Translations under genes and position numbers: made by a program
Part shown: piece after piece, positions 1 through 14,803 of the stretch
Numbering within the stretch: the first letter of the stretch is position 1
How the letters are laid out: every line of letters begins with the position of its first letter
The notes under the pieces: generated by a model
What the model saw: only the letters and a program-made list of their open reading frames with translations
What the model was told of the DNA's origin: nothing
Database searches by the model: none
Source: Octopus vulgaris
Taxonomy: Eukaryota
NCBI GenBank assembly: GCA_951406725.2
Contig: OX597817.1
Coordinates: 36,394,001-36,458,000, forward strand
Direction of reading: 5' to 3'
Length of the DNA: 64,000 nt

Positions 1-126
1 ACATAGCCAGACACACTGATACTGTTTGGAGCCGTTACGGTAAGGGTACATGTGTTTGTTGAGCCCTGAGTTATGTGTATGCTATTTCAAAGACTTGGTG
101 GTCCAGTCGGTCCAGTTGATCATCGA

Positions 127-198
127 TTAAAGGCGGTGCTCCAGCATGGCCGCAGTCAAATGACTGAAACAAGTGAAAGAGTAAAGAGTAAAAGAGAG
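127..198 (+). mobile_element. 3' tail fragment of tRNA-derived SINE family A
   Basis: aaaggcggtgctccagcatggccgcagtcaaatgactgaaacaag plus a (gtaaaga)-type tail, essentially identical to the ends of the full copies at 17277-17671 and 49471-49883. Confidence 0.85.
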
Positions 199-1266
199 CA
201 TATATGTGTGTGAGCGTGTGTATGTGTATGAATGTGTATGTGTCTACGTGTGGATGTTTCTGTGGATATGTGTGTGTATGCGTGTTTGTGTGGATGCGTG
301 TGTCTGTGTGTATGCGTATGTGTGTGTGTATGCGTGTGTGTGTGTATGCGTGTGTGTGTGGATGCGTGTGTGTGTGGATGTGTGTGGATGTGTGTGGATA
401 TATGTGTGAGTGTGTGTGTGAGTGTGTATGTGTGTGTGGGAACTCGTCCAATGTACCACATGTAATGTTTTGAGGATTTGTAAATTCGAAAGCGTACCTT
501 GATGGAACTTGATTCTTCAACAAAGGTATTCTTTCTCTCAAGCCATTCAAACATCGCATTTAGAAGCAGCAGCCTCGATCTTTCGATTTTTCTAAAGACT
601 TATAATCATTTTCTTTCATTTTATGACATTAAATTTTAACTATTTTAACGCTGTTTGTTCTTTTTGAAATCCTATTTACACTTCTCTTCCCCTAGTTTTA
701 CACCAATTTCACTAGATTGCGTGTTGCAAATATGTTAAACACGTAGTGCTTAAAATAAAATAATAACATTTTTTTACTTCGAAATAATAAAAGAAAACTA
801 TTTTGGTAATGTCAAAATGTCACTGTTGACGAACAAGAAAATAAAGCTCTTTGCAACTACAAAGAATTTGTATCTCCTCACCTGACGTTTGTGTGCTTAA
901 GACCAAAAGAATAAATAAAAGAGAAAAGGAAAATGTTAAAAAGTATGTTAGATAAAAAAATTGAAGGAAGAAAAAATAAATATCTGTGTGAAAGAAGTAG
1001 ATTTCTGTATCAGTGCACGCGGAACCATAGTCAGACATACGCACGCAATATGGAGTACATTCTGATATTTACATAACCTACGTATATATATATACGTATG
1101 CATGTTAGCATAATAAATGAATACTTCATTTTATTTTATACATCCATTATTACATTGAGCTAGAAATGCATATGTATATATACTCACATATACATTCACA
1201 CTCACACGGGCGCGCGCATATATATATATGGTACAAACATGCCTTCATAAATACGCACATATATAC

Positions 1267-1328
<62 letters not shown>

Positions 1329-1891
1329 TAAGTAAGTAAGTAAAGTAAGTAATATATATATATATACATGTGTAAGCAAACACACAGATACGAACAAGTG
1401 TCTATATGTTATGACTATCGCGCATAGAAATTCAAAGTACATAACATTGAAATGTCTTCATATCTGTTTAGAACATTTAAAAAAAAATCTCTGTCTTTTT
1501 AATATTTTGCTTTGTGACACATATGAAAGTATATTGAAATTAAGTTAGTGTTTTTCTAATTTCGCTATTATTAATCAAGTCTTTCATTGAAAAGGAAGAC
1601 GTCTTCTTTTTTCTGTTTTTAAAATTGGATAATGGAAGTGTGGCTAAATGGATGTTGGATTTCTCTTTCACAATCTTCTCTATCTCTCTGTTTCTTTCTA
1701 TGCTTAGATACTGTTGTTGCGTTTGTGTATGTGTGTGCGTGTGTGTGTGTGTGTTTGTGTGTGCATGTGTCTGCGCGTGTATTTGGGTCTGGAAACAAGT
1801 ATCTGGGTATATGCACACATATGTGCGCATGTGTTTTCATACATATGTATGCATTCTTGCTGCACATATGAACTTGCAGACAGACGCAGAA

Positions 1892-1936
<45 letters not shown>

Positions 1937-1995
1937 CATACATTAAATACACATATATTTGTATACAAGTGCATAAATACGCACACATACAACAT

Positions 1996-2048
<53 letters not shown>

Positions 2049-2111
2049 AACACACACGTATATATATATATATATGTATGTATATGTATATGTATGCATA
2101 TGTATATGTAC

Positions 2112-2142
<31 letters not shown>

Positions 2143-2180
2143 TGTATGTATGTATGTATGTATGTATGTATGTATGTATG

Positions 2181-2218
<38 letters not shown>

Positions 2219-3812
2219 TATGTGGGTGTGTGTATATGCGTGCGTGTGTATGTGTGTGTGTATGTTTGTGTAAATATTTTGTGTAAATATTTGAGCGAAT
2301 ACTAGTTAATCTACATGAGAACGACGAGACTGCATTATAATGATTTTAATCAAGAATACAAAACATAAGTCAGATTGTAGAACAGACTATCTGTAAGCTT
2401 AATTGGAATTTTGTGGGCTTCAATTTTCTTCAGCAAGCCACCACTTTCTCTTTCTCGGTTCTATCTCTCCACTTCTCACATAATACACGTGCACGCTTCG
2501 AATAATTCTAATTAAGGTGAAATTTACGTTGAATATTTACAGCTGACGCCCAAAATCTTCGAAATTACCTGCACTGAAAAAAATGAAGAAATATGCACCG
2601 AAAAACTGATCTGTTTATAAGACAAGAATAATGAGACAGTAAAAATAAGACAGAAGGGAAATAAACGACACTATAATACCGAAATAATGGTTATGCAGAA
2701 TAGCAGAAAAACCAAGGTAACCGCATATTTGAAAATTGTGGAAGCTACTGGCACGCTCTTGATTGCTTGCATCTATTCTGCCATCTTTTAAACCGACTTC
2801 CGTTTAAAGATTACGCGAAACGTAATGTTATATTTTAGACATTATATTCATTGTCAGTCTTCTGATCCTGCTATCTAAAATGACTGAGAAAATACAAAGG
2901 AAAGCAACTATAAAGCAGGAGTAAGCAAGATATCATTATGAAAATAGAACGCAGCTTGAAAACGAAGTGAATTCCATATGGAATATGAAAATGGACCGCC
3001 GACTTTATATGACATTAAAATGTCAAAAACAGAGAAAAATAAGAGAAATATATGAAGAACAGCTTTTAGATTTTACCGCATGTTATGAATGCAATAATAA
3101 AATAGCAGACATGAAAAGACTCCTAAAACGGAGATGTGAAAATTCGTAGAAAATATTCCTCGAATGCATTTTCTTCAAGCAAACCTCAAATGTTTTGTTC
3201 AGATGCTTGGTTGAGTAGAATTAGAGGACGTCGTGGATTAAGAAGATTGGACACTGCTGGTGAAACATTATTATGGAAGTGCCTAAAGTGAGCGTTGTGT
3301 CACAATTATTGAAGGTTATTTAAGATAATGATTTCATAAATTGATTACATATATAACATCGATTTCATTATTTTACTTGAATTTTATGAAGCAATTAGGT
3401 GTGATATACGACATTACCCGAGAGGGCATACAGTATCCCTACATATACAAACATATACAAACACATGTGATAAAAAAGCAAGCACAAGATGAATGTTGGT
3501 GTGATATAAGCAAATCACATCAGCACTACTTTTGAACGAAAGGTCAAGCCACCATGTGGTTACTAGACATTCAAAACCTAATGGTTAGTTATACCTCAAA
3601 TCACTTTCTATTAGATTTAAGAAACTGTGTGTAACTAGACATTGCTAGATACTGCAAAAGAGAGGTAGTCAAGGCTACAGTCCTTGCCTTGGGGTGATTT
3701 CAAAATATATACAGCAGCAACAAAAACAGCATCTGCAATAAATAGCAGCAGTAACAACCACAACACAACAACAAAACCAGCAACAAACAACGACAGCAAA
3801 AACAACAGTAAT

Positions 3813-4217
3813 AACTAGAAAACCACTCGGAGGGCGCAGACTTCCGCCAAGCAGCTCATTTTAAGATAGATACGCGAGTAAAATTACTAATAGAGAAACG
3901 AAAATAAACTTTGGAAACAGCAACGCCGCCATAGGTTACGCGGAAACGATGAACGTGTTTTCAAGGGAGATAATCAAAGAACGTAGCATTGTAATACTTC
4001 ACGTAAAGTAAATATAACAAAAGAAAAATCCTTCAAGAATCCGTAAAAATTCCCGAATCACTACCAAAATTTAATCATTTGTACCTTGTGTCATTACCAA
4101 GGTACAGCAAGTTTCATCAAATACCGTCCACAAGATTTTGAGTTATTTTGCACAGAGAGGGACAGACGGACAAACTAACGCCGATGAAAACATAACCTCC
4201 TTTCTTGGCGGAGGTAA
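3813..4217. mobile_element. Non-autonomous Helentron-associated (HINE/DINE-1-like) element
   Basis: Subterminal inverted motif cttccgccaag (3841-3851) / cttggcggagg (4204-4214), terminal stem-loop acctcc...ggaggt, gacag/gacgg tract near the end, no ORF. Confidence 0.65.
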
Positions 4218-5173
4218 CTAGGGAGGTAACAACAACAGCAGCAATACGAAACAACTGTTAGCAATAACAGATATAGCAGCCGAGCAACAGCAGCTACGAC
4301 AGCAAAGAATTCAACAAATTCATTTAATGATACATTTGCGCGTATTGCATGCCAACATAAGTACATAAACAGAAATATATGAATGAGTAGATATAAAAAA
4401 TACATGCGGTCATACATACACACACTCGGGAGAGAAAAACAGAAAGGAAGAACAAGAGAGGGAGATAGACAGAAAAGAGATAGAATAAGTGTGCGTATTG
4501 TAATTATTGAGATAAAACTTTCTTGGAAATGGATGCGTAGCGTTTGAGTATATGATAATATATGCATGTATATATGCATACGTGTGGGTATGTACATGTG
4601 TGTATGTATATATGCATATATTTATATGCACATATAGACACTTACATAAGCAAGAAAAGCAATTACAGAACATCGTTTTGCGTGACATAAGAGTCGGTAC
4701 AGTAAAGCAACTGATTTGGCTCCGGGCTACCTACAACTAGGCATCACCGAGGAACTATAAAATATTCGATGTCCTACGTAACTTGATCACTATAGCAATA
4801 AACTATAGCAAATCTGGCAGGAGATTTATTAGTTAATACATATTCTTTTTAATTGTATGGAGAGTTTTGTAAACAATTACGATTATAATTAATCTTCATC
4901 ACCTGAATATGTCTCCTGTTTAACAAGCACAGTTAATGTATTGCATATTTATATAGTATTCCAGTGCGCCATTTCGTTATGTAGGGATTGTTTATAGAAT
5001 ATTAATGCCAGAATAGTTTTTCTATACATATGAACGACTATAAAGTTCGGTAATATATTTATGTCGTTAATATCCTATTAATATTTATAGCAAATTTAAT
5101 TCAAAATTTCCTCTCGTTAACTCTCTGGAGTCATGGGTGTGTATATTACGTTTACATCTATAGTTCTCGGACT

Positions 5174-5272
<99 letters not shown>

Positions 5273-5347
5273 CTTTCCATTTATCTATCTAGTTATCTGT
5301 CTGTCTATCTGCCTTTCTCTCTCTCTCTCCTGTATATATATATACAA

Positions 5348-5404
<57 letters not shown>

Positions 5405-5429
5405 TGTATGTGTGTGTGTGTGTGTATAT

Positions 5430-6404
5430 ACACAGCAAGACACCGGTGCCAGCGAAGCTGCTATTTTTTAACTCTGGCCAGAAAGTCGGTTTCCGTAAGG
5501 GAATCAAGGACCATTTGCGATTCGCTCTTGATTTCGACAGCTGTGTTCAAACGGTGATATTTGAGTTACATTTTCATCTTGAAGAAGAGATGGAAATCTC
5601 CAGATGCTAAATCTGGTGAATTTCGCCAGATTTAGCATCTGACTTAAATCGGGTGCAGAAGCGAAACCGTGTTGCTTTTGGCGAGCAACTCACGAGCAAG
5701 GAGAGCTCCGTGACGGTGTGCATTGACCTCGTGAAGAATTCAGAAGGACACATACATCAGACCAAGAAGATCAGCAATGTCGTTGCTTGTCTTCCGACGA
5801 GCCTCATGCACAAGCTGATGAATATTCTCCTCCCCATATCCGGGAATGACGCTCCTGGCAGGTCTTCCCGATCGTTCATCGTCTCCGAGGGACGTTCTTC
5901 CGCTTTTGAAGCGCCCGTACCATTCAAAACATTGAGTACGACCCATTGCCTCGTCGCTGTAAGTTTGCTGAGCATGCTCAATGTCTCTCTAAAAAGAAAG
6001 TAAAAAAAAGGAAACAAGCAAAATTACATTGATGTAAATGTACGTGCACACGCACGGAAGACTATACTGTATAGTAATACAGTTAATACTAAAATATTTG
6101 CGTTGGTTTTGTAGGTATACGAGTGTATACCTACAAGTGTATACGAGTGTATACCTACAAGTTTGATGCAAAATTTCACGTTGGCCCTTTGTTCCAACTT
6201 CCTGTCGATAACGGAAATCGCAGACTTCAGCACACACGTGATTATAGTAACAGAAACTTCACGACTGGTGCAGTAAACACAGCTATGTCACTCTCCACAC
6301 TGCCTCATGAAGGTCACTGCTACCTTTGAATGCGCACGCAACCGTGTGCTGCCATCTGATGGCGTGCTAAAAATCTAGTCTTGGAATTTTTTGATGCCAC
6401 CTCC
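5430..6404 (-). mobile_element. Degenerate, internally deleted mariner transposon
   Basis: Minus-strand peptides LEQRANVKFCIKL, MGRTQCFEWYGRFKSGRTSLGDDERSGRP and SPDLASGDFHLFFKMK; one TIR-like end (ggaattttttgatgccacctcc|ta); unrelated insert at about 5983-6160. Confidence 0.88.
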
Positions 6405-6458
6405 TAAACATACAAAATACACACGCACCTGTAGGGCTACACACACACCTTTGTGTAC

Positions 6459-6511
<53 letters not shown>

Positions 6512-7026
6512 AACAAACACATACACACGTGGACCACTCGACGAGGCAACATTAGCTGCTACACAGAAACGTTAGTACACACACACACACACACATTCAC
6601 AAATGATAGCTTCGCACATATACTATATACAGCATAACACACATATACTCATGTCTAAACGCGCGCTCACACACACATACACACACACAAATAGTTACAC
6701 GAAACGCAGATCACTCTACAGAATGCACGCAGCATGTTACTCACACCCATATTCACACACGTTACCATAGGCGCATACACATGTCCACATAATTAAAGAA
6801 TCGCCAACACATACATTCACACGCGCTCGCCCCATTTCACGCATACACGCTCATAGGCACCACTCTTACATATGTACATACGCTTGCGCACCCTTGTTAA
6901 GCCGGATCGCCGTTATTACTTCCCTTCCCCTCAGCCTGTTTCTCCCGGTCATTTCATCATGTTGTACTGTTAAGCCCTACTCATATTCTCTCTCTCCTAT
7001 TTCCCTCCATTTCTTTCATCCCAACC

Positions 7027-7062
7027 CTTTCTGTTGAAGAACATAAGCCCGAAACGTCAAAG
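7027..7062 (+). ncRNA. Degenerate minimal type I hammerhead-like motif in a Penelope-type repeat relic
   Basis: cttt CTGTTGAA gaac ataa gccc GAAAC GTC aaag; stem I intact, stem II decayed; homologous to 56108-56143. Confidence 0.5.
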
Positions 7063-7152
7063 AATGTCATATTTTTTTCCCGAGCGTCAAAGAGTTACAC
7101 CAGCTTCGAGTTATGTTCACTGAAAATTCGATATATATATATATATAATACG

Positions 7153-7203
<51 letters not shown>

Positions 7204-7364
7204 AGACAAGTAAGTAAATATATTAATATGGTTTCCTTTTCATATATAATGTACAAAAAAAAGCACAATATTTCTTGTATTTCCACTTTCCCAGCTGACA
7301 TACGTCGCTAACTTATTAATATTACATAAGATGTTGACATCGTTATAATCACAATCATCCTCAT

Positions 7365-7452
7365 TGTTGTCGTTGTCGTCGTCGTCATCGTCATCGTCGT
7401 CATCGTCATCGTCGTCATCATCATCATCATCATCATCATCGTCGTCGTCGTT
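7365..7452. repeat. (TCG/TCA)n compound microsatellite
   Basis: Direct reading; source of the poly-Asp ORF. Confidence 0.95.
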
Positions 7453-7645
7453 ACTAACGTTATTGCCGCAGTTGTCCTTGGATACACGTTGAGACACGGA
7501 TTTACATAGACAGTCGCTAATATTCAATCGTACTGAAATGCATTTACCAGATACCATAGTAACTCACTCATACATAGCATGAAAGTGACGTTGTACCTAA
7601 TAAGACTGCAATACACTCGGAGATAGGCCTGCGACCGCATACACA

Positions 7646-7720
<75 letters not shown>

Positions 7721-7937
7721 ACACACGTACAGACACACACACACGCACACATACACACGCACACACACAAGCTGGTTAAAAGATCCTGAATGAACTTGCA
7801 CAGAAAATAATGACCGGTTGCATATGCAATTGATCGTACTCTATGCAGTGTAGGTCGTCGTAACCATAGAAATAAGCTGTATGCTATTTTTGAATAAAAG
7901 GAAATAAATTTTGAGAATGTACCAATTTACATATTCC

Positions 7938-8330
7938 TTAGGGTCTCCGTCGGTCATGGCTGACCATGGATGATGTCATCCACCCGTTGAGTTGTCTATT
8001 CACTTTTTCCAACGCCTCCTGTGGCTGTAGAGACCGATGCGAGAATGGCAGTCTCATTTGCAGAGGTCGCACCTATACATTGAATCCGATCTGTTGGCTG
8101 TCATTTCTTTTCTGCGGGCTTGGTTTTCAGCTGCCGCCACCCTCAAATCCTCTTAGCCGGTCTGCAGTAGTTTGTGAAGAGTGCCTCTCCAGCTGGTTCG
8201 ATCGGCTGCGAAAATCTCCCAGCAATTGGTGTTGATGCCAAGTGCCTTCATATCCATCCTGCACACGTCTCTGTACCTCAGCTTCGGGCGGCCAATGTTT
8301 CTCCGCCCTGCGAAAGCTCTCCGAAGGGGA
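7938..8330 (-). mobile_element. 5'-truncated RTE-clade LINE, 3' end
   Basis: Minus-strand peptide GRPKLRYRDVCRMDMKALGINTNCWEIFAADRTSWRGTLH, then CDLCK*DCHSRIGLYSHRR and a short 3' UTR with a GGTCA/TGACC hairpin. Confidence 0.85.
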
Positions 8331-8894
8331 CATCTTCATTATAATTATAATTATTGATTACACACACACACACACACGCACACACACACACAACACGCAC
8401 ACACACTCACACACACACACACACACACGCACACACACACACACACACACACACTCATACACATTAATTTTGCAGTTGGTCATACAACATATAGTTACAG
8501 CTCCTAGCACGTATATCTGCTGCACACGTGTTTCTGAGAACCCTCATTCATGAAGGTGCACAGAAGATTATGCTGGGTGGCATGTGCATATACTCTGTGC
8601 AGTAAAAACACGTGTCGGTCATTGTTACCAAATAATTATGCTGTACAACCAACAGTAAAATTAAAAGAAAAAAATCCGTATTTTTTATAATTGTTGGAAA
8701 TTTACTCTCCTGATAATATCCATTATCCACGAAAATGAACTTGGAATTACCCATCGGAAGAATTACAGCGAGATTGCTAACACTTAGTGACCATTGACAC
8801 TTCGTACCACTTGATGCCATTAGCCGTAAACACGAATTTAGCAGAGAGCTACCACGGTACCCACCTGGATTACTTTATCCCTTTACACTCACAT

Positions 8895-8897
<3 letters not shown>

Positions 8898-8966
<69 letters not shown>

Positions 8967-9004
8967 GTAATAATAATAATAATAATAATAATGATAATAA
9001 TAAT
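8898..9004. repeat. (TAA)n microsatellite
   Basis: Direct reading. Confidence 0.95.
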
Positions 9005-9173
9005 TGTGATCATACATATTCTCCGATTTAAAAGGGCATTTATATATCAACAAATTGACTGAGGAACTCACATATCAACGCTTACATGGCTACATACGCG
9101 TCCGTTGAGCCGAACGCTCACCTACCAATTTCAGCCAAACTTTACGTATATATACTTAAACAATCTAATCCTT

Positions 9174-9477
9174 ACATATAATATTTATAAACAAAACGGA
9201 AGGCTTTGTAAGTTACGGAGAGAAAGCGACTATGGAAGATTATTAGTACAATAATAAATATGATAATATATCAATATGATAATATATCAAAATGATAATA
9301 TATTCTCCCATTTAAAGCGACATTTATATATAAACTGACTGAAAAATCTCGCTTTAAATCGGAGAATATATTATTATTATGATATATTATCATTGTTATT
9401 ATTGTGCTAATAGACTTCCATAGTCGCTTTCTTTCCGTAACTTACAAAGTCTTCTGGTTTGTTTATAAATATTATAT

Positions 9478-9479
<2 letters not shown>
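9174..9479. repeat. Long imperfect inverted repeat (fold-back)
   Basis: Arms about 9174-9320 and 9349-9479 are reverse complements (ctttgtaagttacgga / tccgtaacttacaaag; aaagcgactatggaag / cttccatagtcgcttt). Confidence 0.9.
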
Positions 9480-9524
<45 letters not shown>

Positions 9525-10856
9525 GTTTATGTGTGTGTGTGTGTGTGTGTGAGTATGTGTGTAAATGTGTGTATGTATATACGAAAATGAATGATGAACC
9601 CGTACATAAATAACTATGCTTATGCATTCATAACAGTCAGATTTCTATCTTAATACTGACCATAAGAACCCAGCCATAAAGAAATAGAAGCAGAAGCAAA
9701 TAGATTTTAGACTCTCTCACTTTCTATCAGTCTCTCCTCCCTGTTATTGTGTCTGCATTTTGTTTTATGGTCAGTAGTAGCATAATATTCTGTTCGTGCT
9801 TTAAGTATGCTTGTATTTAGCTGTTCATATAGGGGTTCTACATACAAATCTATACTGAAAGTTAAGTATTCAAAAACAAATATTTTCGACAGTGATCTTT
9901 TCCATATATATATATATATATAAATGCTTTCCATTTTTAAAGTTTTGAGAAAGCTATAAGGTGCTGCGCAAGCGCTCAGCTCTGAGCGCATCACACCTTA
10001 TAGCAGAAACAGATGTCAGCTAGTGAAGTTCATTGCATAATTTCCAGTTGCCTTTTTCAATTATTTAATTTCATGCTAGGATCTGTATTCTGTTTCATCA
10101 GTCAACAATCCTGCGGGTATCAGGTAATTGAGTGCTGAAAAGTGGACAGTTTTCCTCAAAGGCATACAAACTGAAAATCTAAGGATACTCTATCGAGGTT
10201 TAATATACTGTAATTTCAAGAATGGAGGTGATGTCATGACATTTAGTCCTTCATGTTTATATATATATATATCGGATTGTTAAAACTGTGACAGAATATC
10301 AAAGAATCACGAATGAGTTTCCCTATTTGGTGTTTTCGTTTTTCAAACTACAGAAGTATTTGAATTACTTTTTTGTTGTAATAATAAAATGATAAGGTAG
10401 TCCCGGCTGGAATTATTATATTATATGACCGCGAGCTCAAGTTTGACTTTGATTTACATACAACAGCAACCACAATACTTTGCATCGTTTGCTCATAAAA
10501 ACCATGAGGATCATATTCAGAGAATATATGCATTTGTAATTGTAATAGAAGAAACAGTAGGGAAAGTGCAGCTAGAGAGTTAATGGATGATAAGGATTAG
10601 AGAGAAAGAGGGAGAAAGAGGGAGATAGATAGATAGATAGATTGATAGATAGATAGAGAGAGAGAGAGAGAAAGAGAGTGACAGACAGACAGAGAGCTGG
10701 AGACAGAAATCGAGAGGTGTGAGAGAAAGAGAGAGAGAGACGAAGGCTACTAAAATTCATGTTTATATAACTAATGAATGTTTTTTGTTTGTTTCTGGAG
10801 TAGAAAACCAAAGCAGAGTTTCATTTAATTCACTTTTCCTTGTCAGGGTTCGATAT

Positions 10857-10888
<32 letters not shown>

Positions 10889-11287
10889 TACACACGCACG
10901 CACACACGCACACACACACACACGCACACACACAAACACACACACATACACACACACACACACACATATATATACATATGTGTGTGTGTGTGTGTGTTTA
11001 AGTATGTATGTATTGATATGAATATGGTAGTACTCCGGAGCCAAACAGCATACATTCCTTAAATCCCAAGTCATCTTTAAAACATAGCATAGGTATGGGA
11101 ATGATAAATCCTTACGGGTTGAAGTTAATGAATACATAAATTAATTATTGTTTCCCTCTGGACAATATCATTTTGCCTCTCTGTTAAGTAACAAAAAAAT
11201 CAGTAGTTTATTAATTAATGTGATCATAATCATCGTGAAGAATTCTTCAAGAGCATGTGAGTGTAAGTATGCGTGTATGTAAGTATA

Positions 11288-11374
<87 letters not shown>

Positions 11375-12450
11375 TTTCCAGACGGGACACCACTCCATAT
11401 TTGTACGTTTGTATGTATGCATATATGTATGTGTATGTGTGTGTGTACGCGTGTGTGTGTTTTTACCTCTCTCTCTCTCTCGTTTTCTCTTTACATCTTT
11501 GGGCTTAATTTATAAAACCAGTGATATATCTCTAGAATTTTACTTTGTATGGAATGGTTTCCTTTAAGGAGAATTGTCAACTGATATGTACTCTTGTAGC
11601 TGGTATTTGCCGCAGTTCTGACCTAGGAAACAGCTCGGATTTCAAAATCTCCTTTAATCTCATATATAATGTATTCACGTTTAAAGATGATGGAACACGT
11701 TCAATAGATACACGTACGACTTCATACATATAAGATATTGATGGATAAACATCATAGCGATAACAGAGCCCTAAGAAGAATATAATGTATCATACATTTG
11801 ATAAATGATATTAGAATAAAAGAAAATGTACAGAAGGAAGAAAGGGAAAGCAAACACTGAAGCACTGATTTGAAATTAGACTATTAGATATTACAAATGT
11901 TTCCTTTTCAAATCGAATATTATCAAATCGCAGGAAATATTTTCGTCTGCCAAAGAAATCCGTGTTATCATCTAAAAGCGTCAGTTTTTCGCTTAATTCA
12001 ATTGCTGGGAATGAATGATGTATAATTGAGATTTCTCCCGTTGAGGTAGATCCATAAAGATGTTTTGATTCCCTAATTAAGTAATTTCATTTCACTAAGA
12101 TCATTTTTGCTGTCGGAAATATTCATCAACAGCATCAATATCTTCCACTTGCAGAAATTTTAGCTATGAATGGTAGTAACGAAATATAATGTATGAAATT
12201 TTATACTTTAATTGTTGCGAAGAAATCTTAGCTAGAATTGGTTGCAATATGGCATTGCATTAAACAAACAAGAAAATAAATATTGTGGGTACCAGCTTAG
12301 AGGATTTCTCATTTACCAGAGAATTTCAGAGTAATTCTAGAACTTAAGAATAAAAACTAGCTCTTCTCTGCGACAATTTGGTATAATCTCATCAGAAATG
12401 TGCCCCGGAATCGCTGACTTCAATGAATTTGGAGTTAAGATATATATTTC

Positions 12451-12701
12451 TTATTTCTTTATTGCCCACAAGGGGCACAGAGGGGACAAACAAAGGCAGA
12501 CAGACAAAGGGATTAAGTCGATTACATCGATCCCCCGTGCGTAACTGGTACTTAATTTATCGACCCCGAAAGGATGAAAGGCAAAGTCGACCTCGGCGGA
12601 ATTTGAACTCAGAACGTAGCGGCAAACGAAATACCTCTAAGCATTTCGCCCGGCGTGCTAACGTTTCTGCCAGCTCCCACCTTCGATTCTGCCATCCCGC
12701 C
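12451..12701 (-). mobile_element. tRNA-derived SINE family B with 17-bp TSD
   Basis: Reverse complement of the 26802-27033 copy; perfect flanking direct repeat gttaagatatatatttc at 12434-12450 and 12702-12718. Confidence 0.9.
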
Positions 12702-12934
12702 GTTAAGATATATATTTCACGTGTTTAGAGATACTGTTGCAGTAAATTCTGAATGGCGTGGATTGACTTTTGTTCTTACTCGCAATCGTTTTTGCATTAA
12801 AGGTATTAAGTGTATTTTTCGTTGTTTTCTGTTTTGTCTTTTAACCAAGATCACTTATGGCAATGATGGAAACATGAACGTCGGAAGGTACTACTTCAAT
12901 TTCTTTACAAACATATACCCCTGTGCTTCAGCCA

Positions 12935-13262
12935 TAGGAGGCACTCCGTCGGCTACGGCGACAAGGGTCCTAGCTGATACGATCAACGGAACAGCCTGCT
13001 CGTGAAATTAACATGGAAGTAGCTGAGCACTCCACAGACTCGTGTACCCTTAACGTAGTTCTCGGGGTAAATTCAGCATGACACAGAGTGTGACAAGGCT
13101 GGCCCCTTTGAAATACAGGTGCTACTCATTTTTGCCAGCTGAGTGGACTGGAGCAACGTAAAATAAAGTGTCTTGCTCTAGGACTCAACGCGTCGCTGGG
13201 AATTGAACTTTCGACCTTACGATCGTGAGCCGACTGCCCTAACCACTAAGCTACGCGCCTTC
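12935..13262 (-). mobile_element. tRNA(Arg)-like-headed SINE family C
   Basis: Minus-strand A box (tagcttagtgg) and B box (gttcaattcc); second copy at 55135-55460. Confidence 0.88.
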
Positions 13263-14241
13263 TACCATGTATAAATAAATAAATAGCTATGTGCTTGAAT
13301 AAATAGCCATATCACTATACTGTAATAAAATGTAATATTCATTTCAAGAAATCTTCCGCCAAATTTTAGGTAACATTTATTTACTTACATATTCTTTGAC
13401 TGCAAGTTCGAAAACAAGTACTGAGGGGAGAAAACATCGGGAGTGTTCGCGAAATAGGAACCAGTGTGAGGAATTCAGGTATAAATTATTGGGCTGGCAT
13501 TTAGCCCAAGCTTCTACGGTTGATATTTGATATCTTACTTGTCTCTGACAAATGGTCTGCGTATTAAACAAAATCACCACTAGGTTCAACTTCATTCTGA
13601 GCAATTTTACGCAACACTGAAAACTAATGAAACTTTAACCATTAAACAGTATTCCTACTGCATATATTCTCCATTTATATATTTACATTTTACATATAGA
13701 AGGGCATTCTGGTTCTTTCCTGATCTTCTGGTCACATGATCAACAGAAATACTGTTGACAAATGCGATCAAAGCGCATCATCAATACATGCGATTATCTT
13801 ATGATTATCAACGTCTTAATTTTAAGTGGATATTACCTTCCTGTTCTCATTTAAATATCTTTCTCTTTCCACCTGTGTATCGATATATCGATACATCCAC
13901 CGATGTATCGATGTAAAGGATTATATACAAACTGAAAAAAATAAAATAAATAGCACAATAAACATGAACAACTTGCTTTTTGTGTTTATGCGCATACTCT
14001 TCATGTTATATCTGTACTTTTTTTTATTTTCAAATCCCTTTGTTTTAATGTCAGTATTCTGAAAAAGAATGTTAACACCAATTTTACAAAATTTACAATT
14101 TATGAATGGTGTTGTGACTATTAAGAATATAAAGTTTCTTCTCGGTAATTTGCATGAATAACGTTACTCTAATCAGAATGTAACCACAAGTAAAAAGTAA
14201 AAAAAACAAAAACAAACATTAATTTAGAAGTGGGGGTTATA

Positions 14242-14803
14242 TTGGGTTGTCCGGAAAGTTCGTGCAGATTTATAGTAGCTTACCTTTTGACTTACTTTAG
14301 AACATGGTTGAGTCCATAAAATAGAATTTGACTTACACCTCCATTTAGAGCACAGTTTAAGCTTTTCGTGGAAGAAGGTTATGTTCCTATAACCTGTGTT
14401 AATTTTGTATCTCTTTAAAATGGAAGATAAGAAAGTTCATTTTCGGCACTTGATGCTTTGGGAACCAGACAAAAATTGCTTCAACTCCGCTGGGATGTGT
14501 TACCCCACCCTCCATATTCACCAGATATTGCTCCTTCGGATTCTCACTTATTCAGGTCTCTGCAGAATAGTCTTAATGGTAAAAATTTCAATACCTTGGA
14601 TGACGTAAAAAGATACCTTGATCAATTCTTTTCCATGAAACCACCTCAATTCTGGGAAGAGGGTATTTTCAAGTTAAAGGAAAGAGGGAGACGGATTGTG
14701 CAACAAAATGGTTCATATTTGGTTAATTAAAAATGTAATGGCAAGTATTTATTGACCTTTTTCTTTCCTTTAAATATCGGCACCAACTTTCGGGACAACC
14801 CAA
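14242..14803 (+). mobile_element. Non-autonomous mariner deletion derivative
   Basis: TIRs ttgggttgtccggaaagttcgtgc / gcaccaactttcgggacaacccaa, TA on both sides, MEDKKVHFRHLML start joined to the WDVLPHPPYSPDIAPSDSHLFRSLQN C-terminus. Confidence 0.95.

Noticed and set aside
71-2305. Long ORFs rich in HT, YI, CV and MYVC (here and throughout the window)
   Set aside because: Translations of (CA)n, (TA)n, (TATG)n and (TATC)n microsatellites, which lack stop codons in several frames
5653-6003. 116-aa plus-strand ORF
   Set aside because: Antisense shadow of the mariner transposase relic
9966-9990. GC-rich hairpin gcgctcag-ct-ctgagcgc
   Set aside because: Short and isolated, with no correctly spaced CTRR to call a Helitron end
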